From the NCBI GenBank assembly GCA_038889075.1, contig JAWAHS010000002.1:236930-300929 (forward strand): a DNA stretch of 64,000 bases, written 5' to 3'. The notes beneath the pieces were generated by a model. That model was not told where the DNA came from. It was given only the letters and a program-made list of their open reading frames with translations, and ran no database searches. Made by a program: the position numbers and the translations under genes. Below, piece after piece: positions 51,184 through 61,921 of this stretch. This stretch comes from Ignisphaera sp. (GTDB taxonomy: Archaea; Thermoproteota; Thermoprotei_A; Sulfolobales; Ignisphaeraceae). Position 1 is the stretch's first letter; each line of letters opens with the position of its first letter.

Positions 51184-52587
51184 ATGTCTATATCCTTAGA
51201 TTTTGGAAGAGAGATTGTTGATAGAGTATTGGAAAAGGGTGTAGATGATGTTGTTGTTAGGCTTCAGGAGAGGGTGTATGAGCTAATACTATTTGATAGT
51301 GGTGTGCTTAGAAGCTTTAATGTAACAAAGGGTAGTGGAGTTGGTATAAAGGTGTCACTCGGTGGATCAACAGGCTACAGCTACACATCATCTCTTGATA
51401 GAGAAAGTATTGCTGTAGCTATTGAGAAGGCTATTTCAGCTGCAAAGTCTTTGAGCAGACACGGTGTTTCTAAAAAATTCTGTAGCTATAGAGGGTTGAG
51501 GGGTGCTTACCAAGCTTTAGTTAAAGTTAGTCCTCTAGATGTAGATCCTGAGAGGAAAACTACTCTCGTTAGAGAATTGAATATAGAGTCTATGAAGAGA
51601 AGCGGAATTGTATCAGCAGTTACCAGATACGGATGCGAAATAGATAGAAGGATTGTAGTTACATCCTATGGTTCTGAAATAGATATGTGTGTTACAGCTG
51701 TTGGTATTTCACACATGGCTGTAGCTAAAAGTGGTGATGTTATGGAGAGGGCGCATGATCAGAAAACATTTATTGGAGGTTTTGAATACATAGATTCCTT
51801 TGACTGGACGAATTTTACAGAAGAAATTGATAAACTAGCTATAGAGGCATCGCAATCAAAAACACCTTCCCCAGGTGTCTATACAGCTGTTGTAGATAAT
51901 AGACTCATCGGACTGTTGCTCCATGAAGCATTTGGACATGCTACTGAAGGTGACACTGTAGTAGCTGGAGCATCTATTCTTAGAGGTAGAATTGGTGAAA
52001 GTATCGCCAGCAATGCTGTGACAATAGTTGACGATGGACTCATTGATGGTGGCTATCCAGTTCCGTACGACGATGAAGGTATTAAAAAGGGTAGAACAGT
52101 GGTTGTCGAGAACGGTATACTTAGAAGCTTCCTTAGTAGTAGGGATACAGCTGTAGATCTGAACCAAGGACTAACCGGAAATGCAAGAGCACAGGATATA
52201 ACATTTGATGCAATTGTTCGGCAGACAAACTTCTATATGCTTCCTGGAGAATCTAAAGTAGAGGAGCTATTCGATGGTATTTCAACGGGTTTCTACCTAT
52301 TGGGTAGAGGTGCTATGGGTGGTCAAGTAGACCCCTCCGTAGGTACATTCACATTTAGCATAGGACCATCCTATATAATAAGGAATGGCGAGCCCTCAGA
52401 GCTTGTTAGGGGTACTATTGTAAGTGGGAATATCATTGAAACTCTAAAGGAGGTTGATCTTATTGCAAAAGATCTTAGGGTGGATACATCGGTTTTTGGT
52501 GGATGTGGTAAAGGTGGACAGATGGTTAGAGTAGGTACAGGAGGTCCACATATAAGGGTTAGAAGGATTGTTATTGGAGGTGCATAG
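51184..52587 (+). CDS. tldD: TldD metalloprotease
   Basis: HEAFGH..EGD, YDDEG, GNARA, GCGKGGQ, GGPH. Confidence 0.93.
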   Translation: MSISLDFGREIVDRVLEKGVDDVVVRLQERVYELILFDSGVLRSFNVTKGSGVGIKVSLGGSTGYSYTSSLDRESIAVAIEKAISAAKSLSRHGVSKKFCSYRGLRGAYQALVKVSPLDVDPERKTTLVRELNIESMKRSGIVSAVTRYGCEIDRRIVVTSYGSEIDMCVTAVGISHMAVAKSGDVMERAHDQKTFIGGFEYIDSFDWTNFTEEIDKLAIEASQSKTPSPGVYTAVVDNRLIGLLLHEAFGHATEGDTVVAGASILRGRIGESIASNAVTIVDDGLIDGGYPVPYDDEGIKKGRTVVVENGILRSFLSSRDTAVDLNQGLTGNARAQDITFDAIVRQTNFYMLPGESKVEELFDGISTGFYLLGRGAMGGQVDPSVGTFTFSIGPSYIIRNGEPSELVRGTIVSGNIIETLKEVDLIAKDLRVDTSVFGGCGKGGQMVRVGTGGPHIRVRRIVIGGA

Positions 52588-52589
52588 AA

Positions 52590-53930
52590 ATGGATATAGT
52601 TAACATTGTAGAGAGAGGTTTGAAAAAAGCATGTCTGCTAGGTGCATCAGAAGCAGAGGTGTTTGTGGTTAAAGAAAGCTCCACGTCTATACTTGGTACT
52701 GTCAAGGGTTTGGAAAATATTGAATGTGGAGAGTCTATATCGGTCTCCATACGCCTTGCCATCGGCAAGAGAATCACTATTCAGACTGGTGTCTTATCTA
52801 GGGAGGAGGATATTAATAAAATGGTTGAAGATGCTATAAAGATTGTTAGGGTAGTTCCTGAGGATAAGGACTGGGTTTCGCTACCGAAATCCTTGGCTAA
52901 AACACCCGTATATGATGTAATTGATGGTAGGATTAAGGAGCCCAATCTAGATGTATTTGTAGATTTTGTCAAGAGAGGTCTTGAACAGCCTAAGGAGATC
53001 GATAGAAGGGTCTACACCACTATGGCTAGAGCCGGCTTATCATATATTACGAAGGCTATTGGAAATACCAATTACAGCCCCATATTATCTGAAAAAACAC
53101 TATTTAGCTATATAGTTATGGTAAAGGCTGTTGGGGATGGTGAGGAAACAGGCTACTATAACTACTATACAGCACCTACATTAAATGAATTCAGATTAGA
53201 GAAAGTGGTTGAAGATGCTGTAAGGATTGCTATAGCTACCCTAAAGGCAAGAGCTATTGAAACAGGTAGGTACCAGATTCTATTTACACCAAGAGTATTT
53301 GCAACCATTCTGACATCACTTATAGTACCTGCAGTAAGAGCGGACACTGTTATCAAAAATAGATCTCCACTCAAGGGTAAACTGTATAGCGAAGTCCTAT
53401 CGGAGAAATTAACAATTATAGATGATGGTGGAGCTCCTAATATGCCAGCTTCATCAGAATTCGATGATGAGGGTGTTGCAACAGCAAGGAAGACTGTATT
53501 CGATAGAGGAGTTCTAGTTACGTACCTATACGATACATACACAGCCAATATAGATGGAAAAAACTCTACAGGAAATGCTAGAAGAACAAGTTCCCTGGTA
53601 TACCCAGATGCTACAAATACAATAGTACTACCAGGAACGGAATCTATAGAGTCTATAGCTAGGGATATCAAACGGGGAGTGGTTGTATATGGGACTATAG
53701 GTGAGTGGCTGTCGAACCCTGTAAGCGGCTATCTCAATGCAACAGTAACCAACGGTGTGTATATCGAAAATGGCGAGGAAAAACACGCTGTTAAAGGAAC
53801 CGTGATTTCTGGTAATATATATGTGTTATTAGGTAAGGAGATTATAGCAGTTTCAAAAGAGTATGAGCACATAGGAAATGCAATCACACCATCAATACTA
53901 GTAGACAGGGTCTCAGTTGCAGGTAAATAA
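52590..53930 (+). CDS. pmbA: TldE/PmbA partner subunit
   Basis: FDDEG, STGNARR; lacks HExxH; follows tldD. Confidence 0.9.
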   Translation: MDIVNIVERGLKKACLLGASEAEVFVVKESSTSILGTVKGLENIECGESISVSIRLAIGKRITIQTGVLSREEDINKMVEDAIKIVRVVPEDKDWVSLPKSLAKTPVYDVIDGRIKEPNLDVFVDFVKRGLEQPKEIDRRVYTTMARAGLSYITKAIGNTNYSPILSEKTLFSYIVMVKAVGDGEETGYYNYYTAPTLNEFRLEKVVEDAVRIAIATLKARAIETGRYQILFTPRVFATILTSLIVPAVRADTVIKNRSPLKGKLYSEVLSEKLTIIDDGGAPNMPASSEFDDEGVATARKTVFDRGVLVTYLYDTYTANIDGKNSTGNARRTSSLVYPDATNTIVLPGTESIESIARDIKRGVVVYGTIGEWLSNPVSGYLNATVTNGVYIENGEEKHAVKGTVISGNIYVLLGKEIIAVSKEYEHIGNAITPSILVDRVSVAGK

Positions 53931-54000
53931 TATCATACACATACTCTAAAAATCTCATATACATCGATCGAAAATAGTATAGCATATTCTAATACAATAA

Positions 54001-54495
54001 GTGTTGTACACCATGAGATTAAGGACGCACAACATATTCAGCTTTGCAATAGCGCTTTTGGTGCTTAGGACATGGCTTTACAAGCACCTTCTCCTAACAG
54101 TATTTTCATCTATATTTCTTTCACTTTCTATTAACTGGTTTATAGACCATGTAGCTGGGCATAAAGGCTATAGAAGAACACCATATACACACTCATTTGT
54201 AACATCTGCAATTATAGCTGTGATCATTACGCTACTCTATCTCTATGCCCTAAGACTTCTTGGAGTCTATATCCCAATGGAGTTGCTATATGGAGCAGTA
54301 GCTATAGCCGTTTCACATATACTTCTAGATATGGTGACGAAGGATGGTGTATATCCACTGTGGCCATTTAGTAGGGGGAGAGTATCGGTTCTGGGGATTA
54401 GGTACGACAATCCTATAGTAAACATATTCTTTGTAATAGTTTCAATAGCTATTGTAGCTGTTATACTTCTTGATATGGCTAGATACTACCTATAG
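54001..54495 (+). CDS. Membrane-bound metal-dependent hydrolase (YdjM-like)
   Basis: TH, DH...RRTPYTHS, SHILLD..T..GV.PLWP. Confidence 0.8.
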   Translation: MLYTMRLRTHNIFSFAIALLVLRTWLYKHLLLTVFSSIFLSLSINWFIDHVAGHKGYRRTPYTHSFVTSAIIAVIITLLYLYALRLLGVYIPMELLYGAVAIAVSHILLDMVTKDGVYPLWPFSRGRVSVLGIRYDNPIVNIFFVIVSIAIVAVILLDMARYYL

Positions 54496-54516
54496 ATATT
54501 ACACCGATAATAATGT

Positions 54517-56124
54517 CTATACTATTTTAGGTATATACCTTTCGATAATGTAGTTAGGGTTATTCCTTAGTATCTTTACGGCATGGGGTAGATAGCTTAG
54601 TATATCATCAGGTGTTACACCATCTTCACCAATGGCATCTGCAGCAAGATCGCCAGCTAAACCGTGTACCAACACACCCATTCTAAGGGCATTTCCAAGA
54701 TCTCTATAGCCTATGCCATACATAGCAGCTATTGTGCCCGTAAGGACATCTCCACTACCAGCCTTTGCCATTCCAGGATTTCCAGTCATATTGATGTATA
54801 TATAACCATCCGGATAGCCAATTATGCTATGGGCACCCTTTAAAACAATATAGATGTTCAACTCTCTGGCAATATTTCTTACTATATTAATCGGATCCTC
54901 CTGAATATCCTTAATATCAATACCTGAAACTCTTGAAAATTCAACTAGATGTGGTGTAAGTATTGGCGGCACTTTTCTTCTCTTTAATACATCTAGATTT
55001 CTAGCGATAGCTGTAATGCCATCGCCATCTATAATAACCGGTCTATCAATACTTTCAGTAAGCTCTATAATGAGTTGCTGAGTCTCCTCATTAAGTGAAG
55101 TTCCAGGACCTAAGGCTACTATATCTATATCGAACCGATCTATAATCTCCATTATATAGCTGTAGTTGGTTTTCGAAATACTTCCCTCTGAAGTTTCCTC
55201 AAGTGGAATGTATACGACTTCATTGCATTTAGCAGCTATAGTTGGCACTATAGACTTTGGTGTAGCTAGTCTCGAGTATCCTCCACCAGCTCTTAGAAAT
55301 GAATAAGAAACATAGTATGGCGCACCGTAGTAGTATCTAGAACCTGCAATTGCGAGAAACTTTCCAAAGGTACCCTTATGACCCCATCTAATCCTTTCTG
55401 GTAGTGGTATGGGTGTGTTAAATTCAGCTTTTATGGAACTATAGAGTTGTGGCGGGTATGAAAGGTGTGAGATATATAGCTTTCCACAGTAGCTGTATCC
55501 AGGGTAGAGAATATTTCCATACTTTGGAAGACCGAATGTCACAGTATAGGCGGATCTGATAGCAACACCGTAAATCTTACCGTTATCACCACCAATACCA
55601 GATGGGATATCCACACTAACTACAGGCTTACCAGAGCCGTTTATAGTCTCTATTACGCTTCTATGAATTCCTTTTACCTCATCCTTTAGGCCTATACCTA
55701 TAATGCCAACGACAAGAGCGTCACACCACTTTAAACCATCAATAAGTTTTTGTAGATCGTTCTGATCTCTAATAAAATCTATGGGTATACCAAAATTTTT
55801 GATTATTTCAAAATTGATTTTCGTAAGTTCTGTGAACTTAGATGGATCTCCGACTATAAAGACTCTAACACTACCCCCACCAGAGAATATTCTTCTAGCA
55901 GCAACGAGAGCGTCACCACCATTATTACCAGTTCCAGCAACTACCAGAAACTTCTTTCCATGTACACCAATATTCTCTAAGATCACACTATATATAGCAG
56001 TTCCAGCATCTTCCATAAGCAGACGGTGGTCTACACCGAATATGCGGAGAGCATCTTCATCAATTTTCCTCATTTCAGCAACACTACATATCTTAATACA
56101 ATAGCGATTCACTGTACACACCAT
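54517..56124 (-). CDS. nnr: Bifunctional NAD(P)HX epimerase/dehydratase
   Basis: LMEDAG, GNNGGD, VDIPSG, HKGTFG, TPH..EF, GSGDVLTG. Confidence 0.93.
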   Translation of the reverse strand: MVCTVNRYCIKICSVAEMRKIDEDALRIFGVDHRLLMEDAGTAIYSVILENIGVHGKKFLVVAGTGNNGGDALVAARRIFSGGGSVRVFIVGDPSKFTELTKINFEIIKNFGIPIDFIRDQNDLQKLIDGLKWCDALVVGIIGIGLKDEVKGIHRSVIETINGSGKPVVSVDIPSGIGGDNGKIYGVAIRSAYTVTFGLPKYGNILYPGYSYCGKLYISHLSYPPQLYSSIKAEFNTPIPLPERIRWGHKGTFGKFLAIAGSRYYYGAPYYVSYSFLRAGGGYSRLATPKSIVPTIAAKCNEVVYIPLEETSEGSISKTNYSYIMEIIDRFDIDIVALGPGTSLNEETQQLIIELTESIDRPVIIDGDGITAIARNLDVLKRRKVPPILTPHLVEFSRVSGIDIKDIQEDPINIVRNIARELNIYIVLKGAHSIIGYPDGYIYINMTGNPGMAKAGSGDVLTGTIAAMYGIGYRDLGNALRMGVLVHGLAGDLAADAIGEDGVTPDDILSYLPHAVKILRNNPNYIIERYIPKIV

Positions 56125-56208
56125 GGTAGATCTATGTTTAGAGGCTAAATAACCTAGATATCTGTTGAAGGTTTATTAAGAATTTTAGCTGAACTACTTC
56201 CATAGTGA

Positions 56209-57102
56209 TTGGATGGGATAATGTTTTCCAGATACATAGCTATAATCGTTCTACTACTAATTGTTGTAGCCATAGGTATTACTGCGGTAGCGAATGTTCT
56301 CATCACAAGGTTTTCAGATATAGAAAAAGAGAAAGTACCTATCAGCGTATCTGATAAGGATAAAGCTGCTACCCCAGTGAAAGTGAATATATCTATTATG
56401 GATGGTGTTATTCTGCTACCCTATCCTATGATAAGAAAAAATGTTCTATCTACTGAGGAGGCAATCGCATTTAGGAGAAGTGTTAGAGAATACCAGAATA
56501 TGCCTATATCGATAGAACAGCTCTCGCAACTTCTATGGGCTACATATGGAGTTTCAGAAACTAGACATGGTTTGAAAACCACACCCAGTGCAGGGGCTAC
56601 ATATCCGTTGGAGATGTACATTGTTGTTGGTGAGGAAAAGGTTACTCTACCGGATGCCAGTACTCTTCAAGCTGGTGTATACAAATACGATCCATATACA
56701 CACAGTCTCAGATTGGTAAGGGTTGGGAATTTTATGGAAGAACTTTCCAAAGCTGCAGTAAATCAAAGGTGGGTTAAGGAGGCGGCCGTCAACATAGTTA
56801 TATGTGCTGTGTACGAAAGGACTACAAGGGTATATGGTGAGAGAGGCTATAGATACGTATATATGGAAGTTGGACATGCAGGACAGAACATATATCTAGA
56901 GGCTACGGCATTAAATTTGGGGGCTGTAGTAATTGGTGCTTTTCATGATGATTGGGTGAAAAGCATTGTGAATGCTGATGAAAATGAGCATCCACTTTAC
57001 ATAGTATCTGTAGGAGTTCCTAGGGAAATCTATAGGATTTCCGAGGATGAGATAGCGAAATATATTGATAGCAGGAGAAGAGAAAAGGGTTTGGTGCAGT
57101 AA
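56209..57102 (+). CDS. SagB/ThcOx-like nitroreductase with N-terminal TM anchor
   Basis: RRSVREY, PSAGATYPLE, YGERGYRY..MEVGH..QN, IGAF.D. Confidence 0.88.
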   Translation: MDGIMFSRYIAIIVLLLIVVAIGITAVANVLITRFSDIEKEKVPISVSDKDKAATPVKVNISIMDGVILLPYPMIRKNVLSTEEAIAFRRSVREYQNMPISIEQLSQLLWATYGVSETRHGLKTTPSAGATYPLEMYIVVGEEKVTLPDASTLQAGVYKYDPYTHSLRLVRVGNFMEELSKAAVNQRWVKEAAVNIVICAVYERTTRVYGERGYRYVYMEVGHAGQNIYLEATALNLGAVVIGAFHDDWVKSIVNADENEHPLYIVSVGVPREIYRISEDEIAKYIDSRRREKGLVQ

Positions 57103-57123
57103 ACTGGTATTGGATAAAAATAT

Positions 57124-57648
57124 CTAGGTCTTTGGTTTATAGAATGGATGTGTTACTCTATCCTTTTGTGCAAGAATATCGTCTATCTTTGGTTCTCCAG
57201 CCATCGCTCTCTTCAATGCCAGTTTTGTCGCTTCGTAATTAAATTTGAATACCTTATCAGCATCTCTAGCAGCTGGATGTATAAATACACCACATATTAT
57301 AACAACGTCATCAACAATATCCTTTGGTATAATACCTTCTGCAACAGCATCTGAAACAGCCTTTGCAACAGCATACTGAGCAGCACCAAAGATAAGCTCG
57401 GCTTGCTCCATCTTCTTAATTGTAACCTTTGGAACTATAAGAGTAACAGGCTTTGCTAGGAGATTGGGTGTTAGAACAGCGAATAGTTTTGTATGACCAT
57501 ACGTTTGATGAGCCAGCCCAAAGGTAAAACCTATACCCGCAGGACCATCCTTATCCCCAATTATTAGATCAATATGTGCAACCTCATTGCCTTCACCCAC
57601 CAAAGCTTCTCCAAATCTAATACCTATTTTTCCCATTCCAACCACCAC
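57124..57648 (-). CDS. fae: Formaldehyde-activating enzyme
   Basis: GEALVGEGNEVAHIDLIIG, GHT.L.AVL.PNL..KP, PKVTIK, AQ.AVAKAV.D, VFIHP, NYEATKLA. Confidence 0.93.
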   Translation of the reverse strand: MVVGMGKIGIRFGEALVGEGNEVAHIDLIIGDKDGPAGIGFTFGLAHQTYGHTKLFAVLTPNLLAKPVTLIVPKVTIKKMEQAELIFGAAQYAVAKAVSDAVAEGIIPKDIVDDVVIICGVFIHPAARDADKVFKFNYEATKLALKRAMAGEPKIDDILAQKDRVTHPFYKPKT

Positions 57649-57717
57649 ACTATTTTTAGCGCAGCTCCTATATAAAGCTTAGTTTACATTGAATAGTACA
57701 GCTTGCTTAGTTTAATT

Positions 57718-57774
57718 GGGATCAGCTGCCACTGAACATATCATCAATCAAAACCGGAGTACATTCATCATCCT
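57718..57774 (-). ncRNA. Box C/D sRNA (2'-O-methylation guide)
   Basis: Minus strand: GG-ATGATGA(C)-ATGTACTCCGGTT-TTGA(D')-TTGATGA(C')-TATGTTCAGTGGCAG-CTGA(D)-TCCC; TATA-like TTAATTA about 25 nt upstream. Confidence 0.8.
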
Positions 57775-57905
57775 ATTCCACAGATGTATGCTGGTAATTA
57801 AGTATCTTTATGATGTCGACACTTATTTTGTAAATAATTGATCGTAGGAAATAGTATCGAATTTAATTAAATACGGGTTTAGAGATAGAAGACCGGTTAG
57901 CTACT

Positions 57906-58640
57906 TCATAGTAGAAGTCCTACAATAATCTTTGGCATAATTCCGAGTAGCACTAGTACTGCGGTAGTAACCATCATTAGTGCTACATCGATTTCTTTTA
58001 TCGAGAATTGAATATTCAGTTCAGGTATTCCATACATATATACAGCTTCAGCTACATCTCTGCCGTAATTAATAGAGTAGATTATAAGTGGTTTTACAGC
58101 TTTTTGCAATACCTTACCACCGTACTTCAATCTTATGGTTGTTAGAGCCTCTGAATATGCTACTAGTATAGGTGAGAGTTGTGTTAATGTTATTGTAACT
58201 AGTGTAGCTATATTTGTCAATCCCATCTTCTTTAGAAACCAGCTATACTCACTAATTTTTATCCATTGAAAGGCTATAGTTATTGCGAGGAAAAATTCTA
58301 CAACTCTTATGGTTGATACCACCATATCCTCAAGGTTTGCAGGTTCATAGCCGAGAATTATAGAGAGCGTTCTTGTAATTAAGCCCAGTACTATAAATAT
58401 TGCTATAAATACGATGGCTGAGGCGACATTCTTTAGGCTACCTATGTATAGTAGTATTGAGAGTTCAATAGCAAGTATAGCTACAAGTTGTATTGATGCT
58501 AACAGTATGTGATTCGGATTGATGGCAAGGATTAGAAAGAGCATAATGGTTACCGGTATGTAGAGTTTTGTTGTAAGAGACAATCCGGTATCGACCCTGT
58601 ATGTAAAGAGGTATGCCAGTTGCCTTAGCATGTCAATCAC
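57906..58640 (-). CDS. ECF transporter T component (divergent)
   Basis: Hydrophobic protein directly after the ECF ATPase; coupling-helix-like segments. Confidence 0.7.
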   Translation of the reverse strand: MIDMLRQLAYLFTYRVDTGLSLTTKLYIPVTIMLFLILAINPNHILLASIQLVAILAIELSILLYIGSLKNVASAIVFIAIFIVLGLITRTLSIILGYEPANLEDMVVSTIRVVEFFLAITIAFQWIKISEYSWFLKKMGLTNIATLVTITLTQLSPILVAYSEALTTIRLKYGGKVLQKAVKPLIIYSINYGRDVAEAVYMYGIPELNIQFSIKEIDVALMMVTTAVLVLLGIMPKIIVGLLL

Positions 58641-60057
58641 TATATATCGTGGTTATGGTATCGAGATCTATACTGTGAAGTGCTTTGCTACTAGATGTAT
58701 ACTCTATTAGAGAACCGTTGTCTAATTTGTATAGCTTAAACCCTTTCAAAAGTGGAATTGAGTCGCTACTGCTGATGGTTACTATCTTTGCTCCTGGTAC
58801 CGTTTCCAAGTACTCTATTAGAGCAATACGATCAGTATATGTTAGTCCTGAAAATGGTTCATCGAGAAGGAAAATATTGAAGCCTGCAGCCAGCGATAGT
58901 GCTACAGCTAGTTTTTCCTGCTGTCCCCAAGATAAGGTGAATGGAGTCTGCATTAAGTCGTCAAATCCGTACTTCTTAAGAATTGAATAGCCGCTCGAAT
59001 AGCATTTCTTTGAATCTTTACTATTTCTACATATATTCTTCAATTCCAGTTCTACGGATTCTTCAGTAAAGAATAGCGATACGAGTTGGGGTATGTATAT
59101 AGCTTTTCCAAATCTCTTTACAGATCCCTTCTGAGGCTTTAGATAGCCAGCTATAATTTTCAACAGGGTGGATTTCCCTGAACCATTATAGCCGTAGATG
59201 GCAATAGCATCATTTTCATTAATACGTATGGAAATGTTTTTCAAAACAGTATTACTGTCGTATCTGAACCAGACACTATCTATAATAGCAACCTCTCTAC
59301 CACCAGGGGTGCTCCTACCTATAGATGCTACTCTATTCTCGGATTGGATAAGGTATGATTTTCTAAAGGTATCTAGAGGTACCTCCTTAATAGATCCATT
59401 TGAGAATTTCTGCACCCTGTCAACAAAGTTCATCAATGGTATAAACCTATGTTCGAATATCACTATGGTTATTCCACTACTCTTTAGCCTAGCTAGAGTA
59501 TCTAGAAAATCCTTAACACCTATATCATCGAGCCACATGAGGGGCTCATCAAAAATTATGATCTTCGGTTTTGAGAGCATCGCCTTAGCTATAGCAACTC
59601 TTCTAAGTTCACCTCCAGAGAGTTCAAAGTAGAGTCTGTTAAGGATGTGTTTAATCTTTAGAGAGCTGGAAACAGTATCTAGTGCTTCCTCTGCCTTTTT
59701 TCTATCTCCATATATTTGAAGAGAGTAGCTGTAGAGATCTTCATAGACATGTGGATATATGAAGTGTGTTCTAGGATCCTGGTTAACAATTTGGATAACC
59801 TTTCTAAGTTCTTCAATGCTATAATCTTCAAGCATCTTGCCATCTATTGCTATAGTGCCTCTAATTTCACCACCATAGATGTTAGTTCCTATACCCATTA
59901 TAGCTCTAATTAGTGTCGTTTTTCCACAGCCACTTCTTCCAATGACTAGGAGGGTTTCACCTTCGTATACATCTAGATCTAGGGATCTTAAAATCCAGCT
60001 ACTATTCGGATATCTAAACCATAGACTTTTAGCTTCTAGCACCTTCTTTTTCGCCAA
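58633..60057 (-). CDS. ECF transporter double ATPase (fused A-A')
   Basis: GRSGCGKT / LSGGE / DEP and GYNGSGKS / LSWGQ / DEP. Confidence 0.9.
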   Translation of the reverse strand: MAKKKVLEAKSLWFRYPNSSWILRSLDLDVYEGETLLVIGRSGCGKTTLIRAIMGIGTNIYGGEIRGTIAIDGKMLEDYSIEELRKVIQIVNQDPRTHFIYPHVYEDLYSYSLQIYGDRKKAEEALDTVSSSLKIKHILNRLYFELSGGELRRVAIAKAMLSKPKIIIFDEPLMWLDDIGVKDFLDTLARLKSSGITIVIFEHRFIPLMNFVDRVQKFSNGSIKEVPLDTFRKSYLIQSENRVASIGRSTPGGREVAIIDSVWFRYDSNTVLKNISIRINENDAIAIYGYNGSGKSTLLKIIAGYLKPQKGSVKRFGKAIYIPQLVSLFFTEESVELELKNICRNSKDSKKCYSSGYSILKKYGFDDLMQTPFTLSWGQQEKLAVALSLAAGFNIFLLDEPFSGLTYTDRIALIEYLETVPGAKIVTISSSDSIPLLKGFKLYKLDNGSLIEYTSSSKALHSIDLDTITTIYSD

Positions 60058-60652
60058 CTAGTGTGACACCCATCGCTTTAACAATTCTTATCAATGGTAT
60101 AGAGAGTAGCGCTACATATACTGCAGCTACAGTATTGAATACAGCTATATGTGGAAGTATAAATATTGTGAAGCTCCATGCCTGCTCCCACGATTTTACC
60201 CATCCCATAATCTGTAACCAATAAGGTGTAACAGCTAGGTTTATCAAGCACATTACGGATACTCTACTTACTGCTGCAATAGCAACCAATGGTAGTAAGC
60301 TCCTTAAACCTGCTGTAGAGGGTTTAACCCTTCTGTACATAGCAACCACGGGAAGGAATGTTGAGAGTTCTGCTAAAACCTTCATCGAGGGTCCTATCGG
60401 ATCCATGGCACCTCCAAGAGCAAATATACCTAAATAGAAAACTGGAAGTCCGAGTACAGTTGTTTCAATCAGTGCTATGAAGGCAGATACCATTAGAGGG
60501 ATACCACATAGGTCAAACTTTAGAAACGTTGCTGGAGGATATGGAATTTTAAATATATGTAGCACTATTGCTGAACCTATGAGGCCTGCTATAACAGCTA
60601 TCTTCCAACTCTTTGTAGTTGGATTAGCACTCTTTACCATCATATAACACAC
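60029..60652 (-). CDS. ECF S component, RibU/PanT-like
   Basis: FLKFDLCGIP motif, about 6 TM, PHIAVFN. Confidence 0.8.
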   Translation of the reverse strand: MCYMMVKSANPTTKSWKIAVIAGLIGSAIVLHIFKIPYPPATFLKFDLCGIPLMVSAFIALIETTVLGLPVFYLGIFALGGAMDPIGPSMKVLAELSTFLPVVAMYRRVKPSTAGLRSLLPLVAIAAVSRVSVMCLINLAVTPYWLQIMGWVKSWEQAWSFTIFILPHIAVFNTVAAVYVALLSIPLIRIVKAMGVTLVGEKEGARS

Positions 60653-60907
60653 TATCTATATGCATTTAATAGTTTGAACTTTAAAGCTTTAACTACATAA
60701 AATAATATATCGTATTATTTGACTGGGATTGCAACTAGTTCAAAACACCAGGGTTTATAGATACTGGTACACGCTATCCTATAGAGACATATCTACATAG
60801 GAATGCTCGAGAAATTCTAAATGGAGAAAACATATATATTAGCTATCAAACAATATGTTATTAAAGTACCTCTAGATCTACCTTTAAAATGGTAAAATCC
60901 GATAGGT

Positions 60908-61921
60908 GTGGCACAATTGAATATGGTGGAGGGTTTCTACCTTAGACTCTACGATGGTAACATATTTTATGTAAAGGGAGTTTCTCATCCAATAGATAGA
61001 GTTGTTGCATTTCCGAAATATGTAAAGTCTATGGATGGCAATAGAATTGCACTTGATGGAAGTCGGTATGTTAAGGTTGCAGGTATAGAGTCGGAGTATA
61101 GAATTGTTTTTGAACAGTATAGCCGTTATTTAGTCTATGATGAGTATTTTGGTAGAAGGGTGGTACTTGTACCATTGGAGGACATTGCCGAGGTCTACAA
61201 TCCTATTGATAAAGCATTGAAGATTATTAGGGGTACAGTTGAAGGAGTTCTAGTGGATGTTAGAGACATGTTGATGGATATAATTAATGCCACTGGTGTT
61301 AAAAATATTGGTGTCTCCGGATCCATCCTGGTAGATCTATATAGAGAGGACTCTGATATAGACATTGTTGTTTTTGGTGATGCTGATTGTAGGAAGGTCT
61401 ACAGCTTTCTTAGCGAAGTTATAGATAAACCAGATTCAAGGATCAGGAGATATGATAAGGATAGCATTGCAAATCTCTACTTGAGTAGAGCTACCGAAAC
61501 TCCTATTGGATTTGAAGAGCTTGTTGCCCAGGAGAGGAGAAGGGTATTAGAGGGTCTGTATAGGGATAGGGAGTACTTTATTCGACTCATAGATACAAGC
61601 CATGCTGATGATGTATATGGTGTATATAGGTGTAGAAAGCTCGGCACCTCAACTATGAAGCTTAGAATAGTGGATGCTAAAAGATCCATATATACACCGT
61701 GTAGATATGGTGTAGAGGTTCTAGAAGTTTTGGAAGGCATTGAGATTGATGTTGAGGAGGTGTACAGTCTTAGGGGCAGATTTAATGAAATAGCTTACGA
61801 GGGTGAAATTGTTATTGCTAGAGGCACTATTGAGCTACTCGAGTATAGAAATGGGGGTAGAAAATGTAGGCTGTATCTCGGAGATCCAGGAGACTACATG
61901 TATTTAGCTAGAGTGGCTTGA
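60908..61921 (+). CDS. Pol-beta-superfamily nucleotidyltransferase, paralog of 11207-12298
   Basis: [17 protein letters not shown]...[14 protein letters not shown]. Confidence 0.8.
   Translation: MAQLNMVEGFYLRLYDGNIFYVKGVSHPIDRVVAFPKYVKSMDGNRIALDGSRYVKVAGIESEYRIVFEQYSRYLVYDEYFGRRVVLVPLEDIAEVYNPIDKALKIIRGTVEGVLVDVRDMLMDIINATGVKNIGVSGSILVDLYREDSDIDIVVFGDADCRKVYSFLSEVIDKPDSRIRRYDKDSIANLYLSRATETPIGFEELVAQERRRVLEGLYRDREYFIRLIDTSHADDVYGVYRCRKLGTSTMKLRIVDAKRSIYTPCRYGVEVLEVLEGIEIDVEEVYSLRGRFNEIAYEGEIVIARGTIELLEYRNGGRKCRLYLGDPGDYMYLARVA

Noticed and set aside
56136-56148. TTTAG-AGG-CTAAA as another DtxR box
   Set aside because: Half-site spacing is 3 bp shorter than in the feoB operators, and the neighbouring genes are not metal related
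51184-57102. RiPP (azole peptide) cluster suggested by TldD/E plus SagB
   Set aside because: No YcaO/E1-like gene or precursor peptide; genes are interspersed with housekeeping nnr
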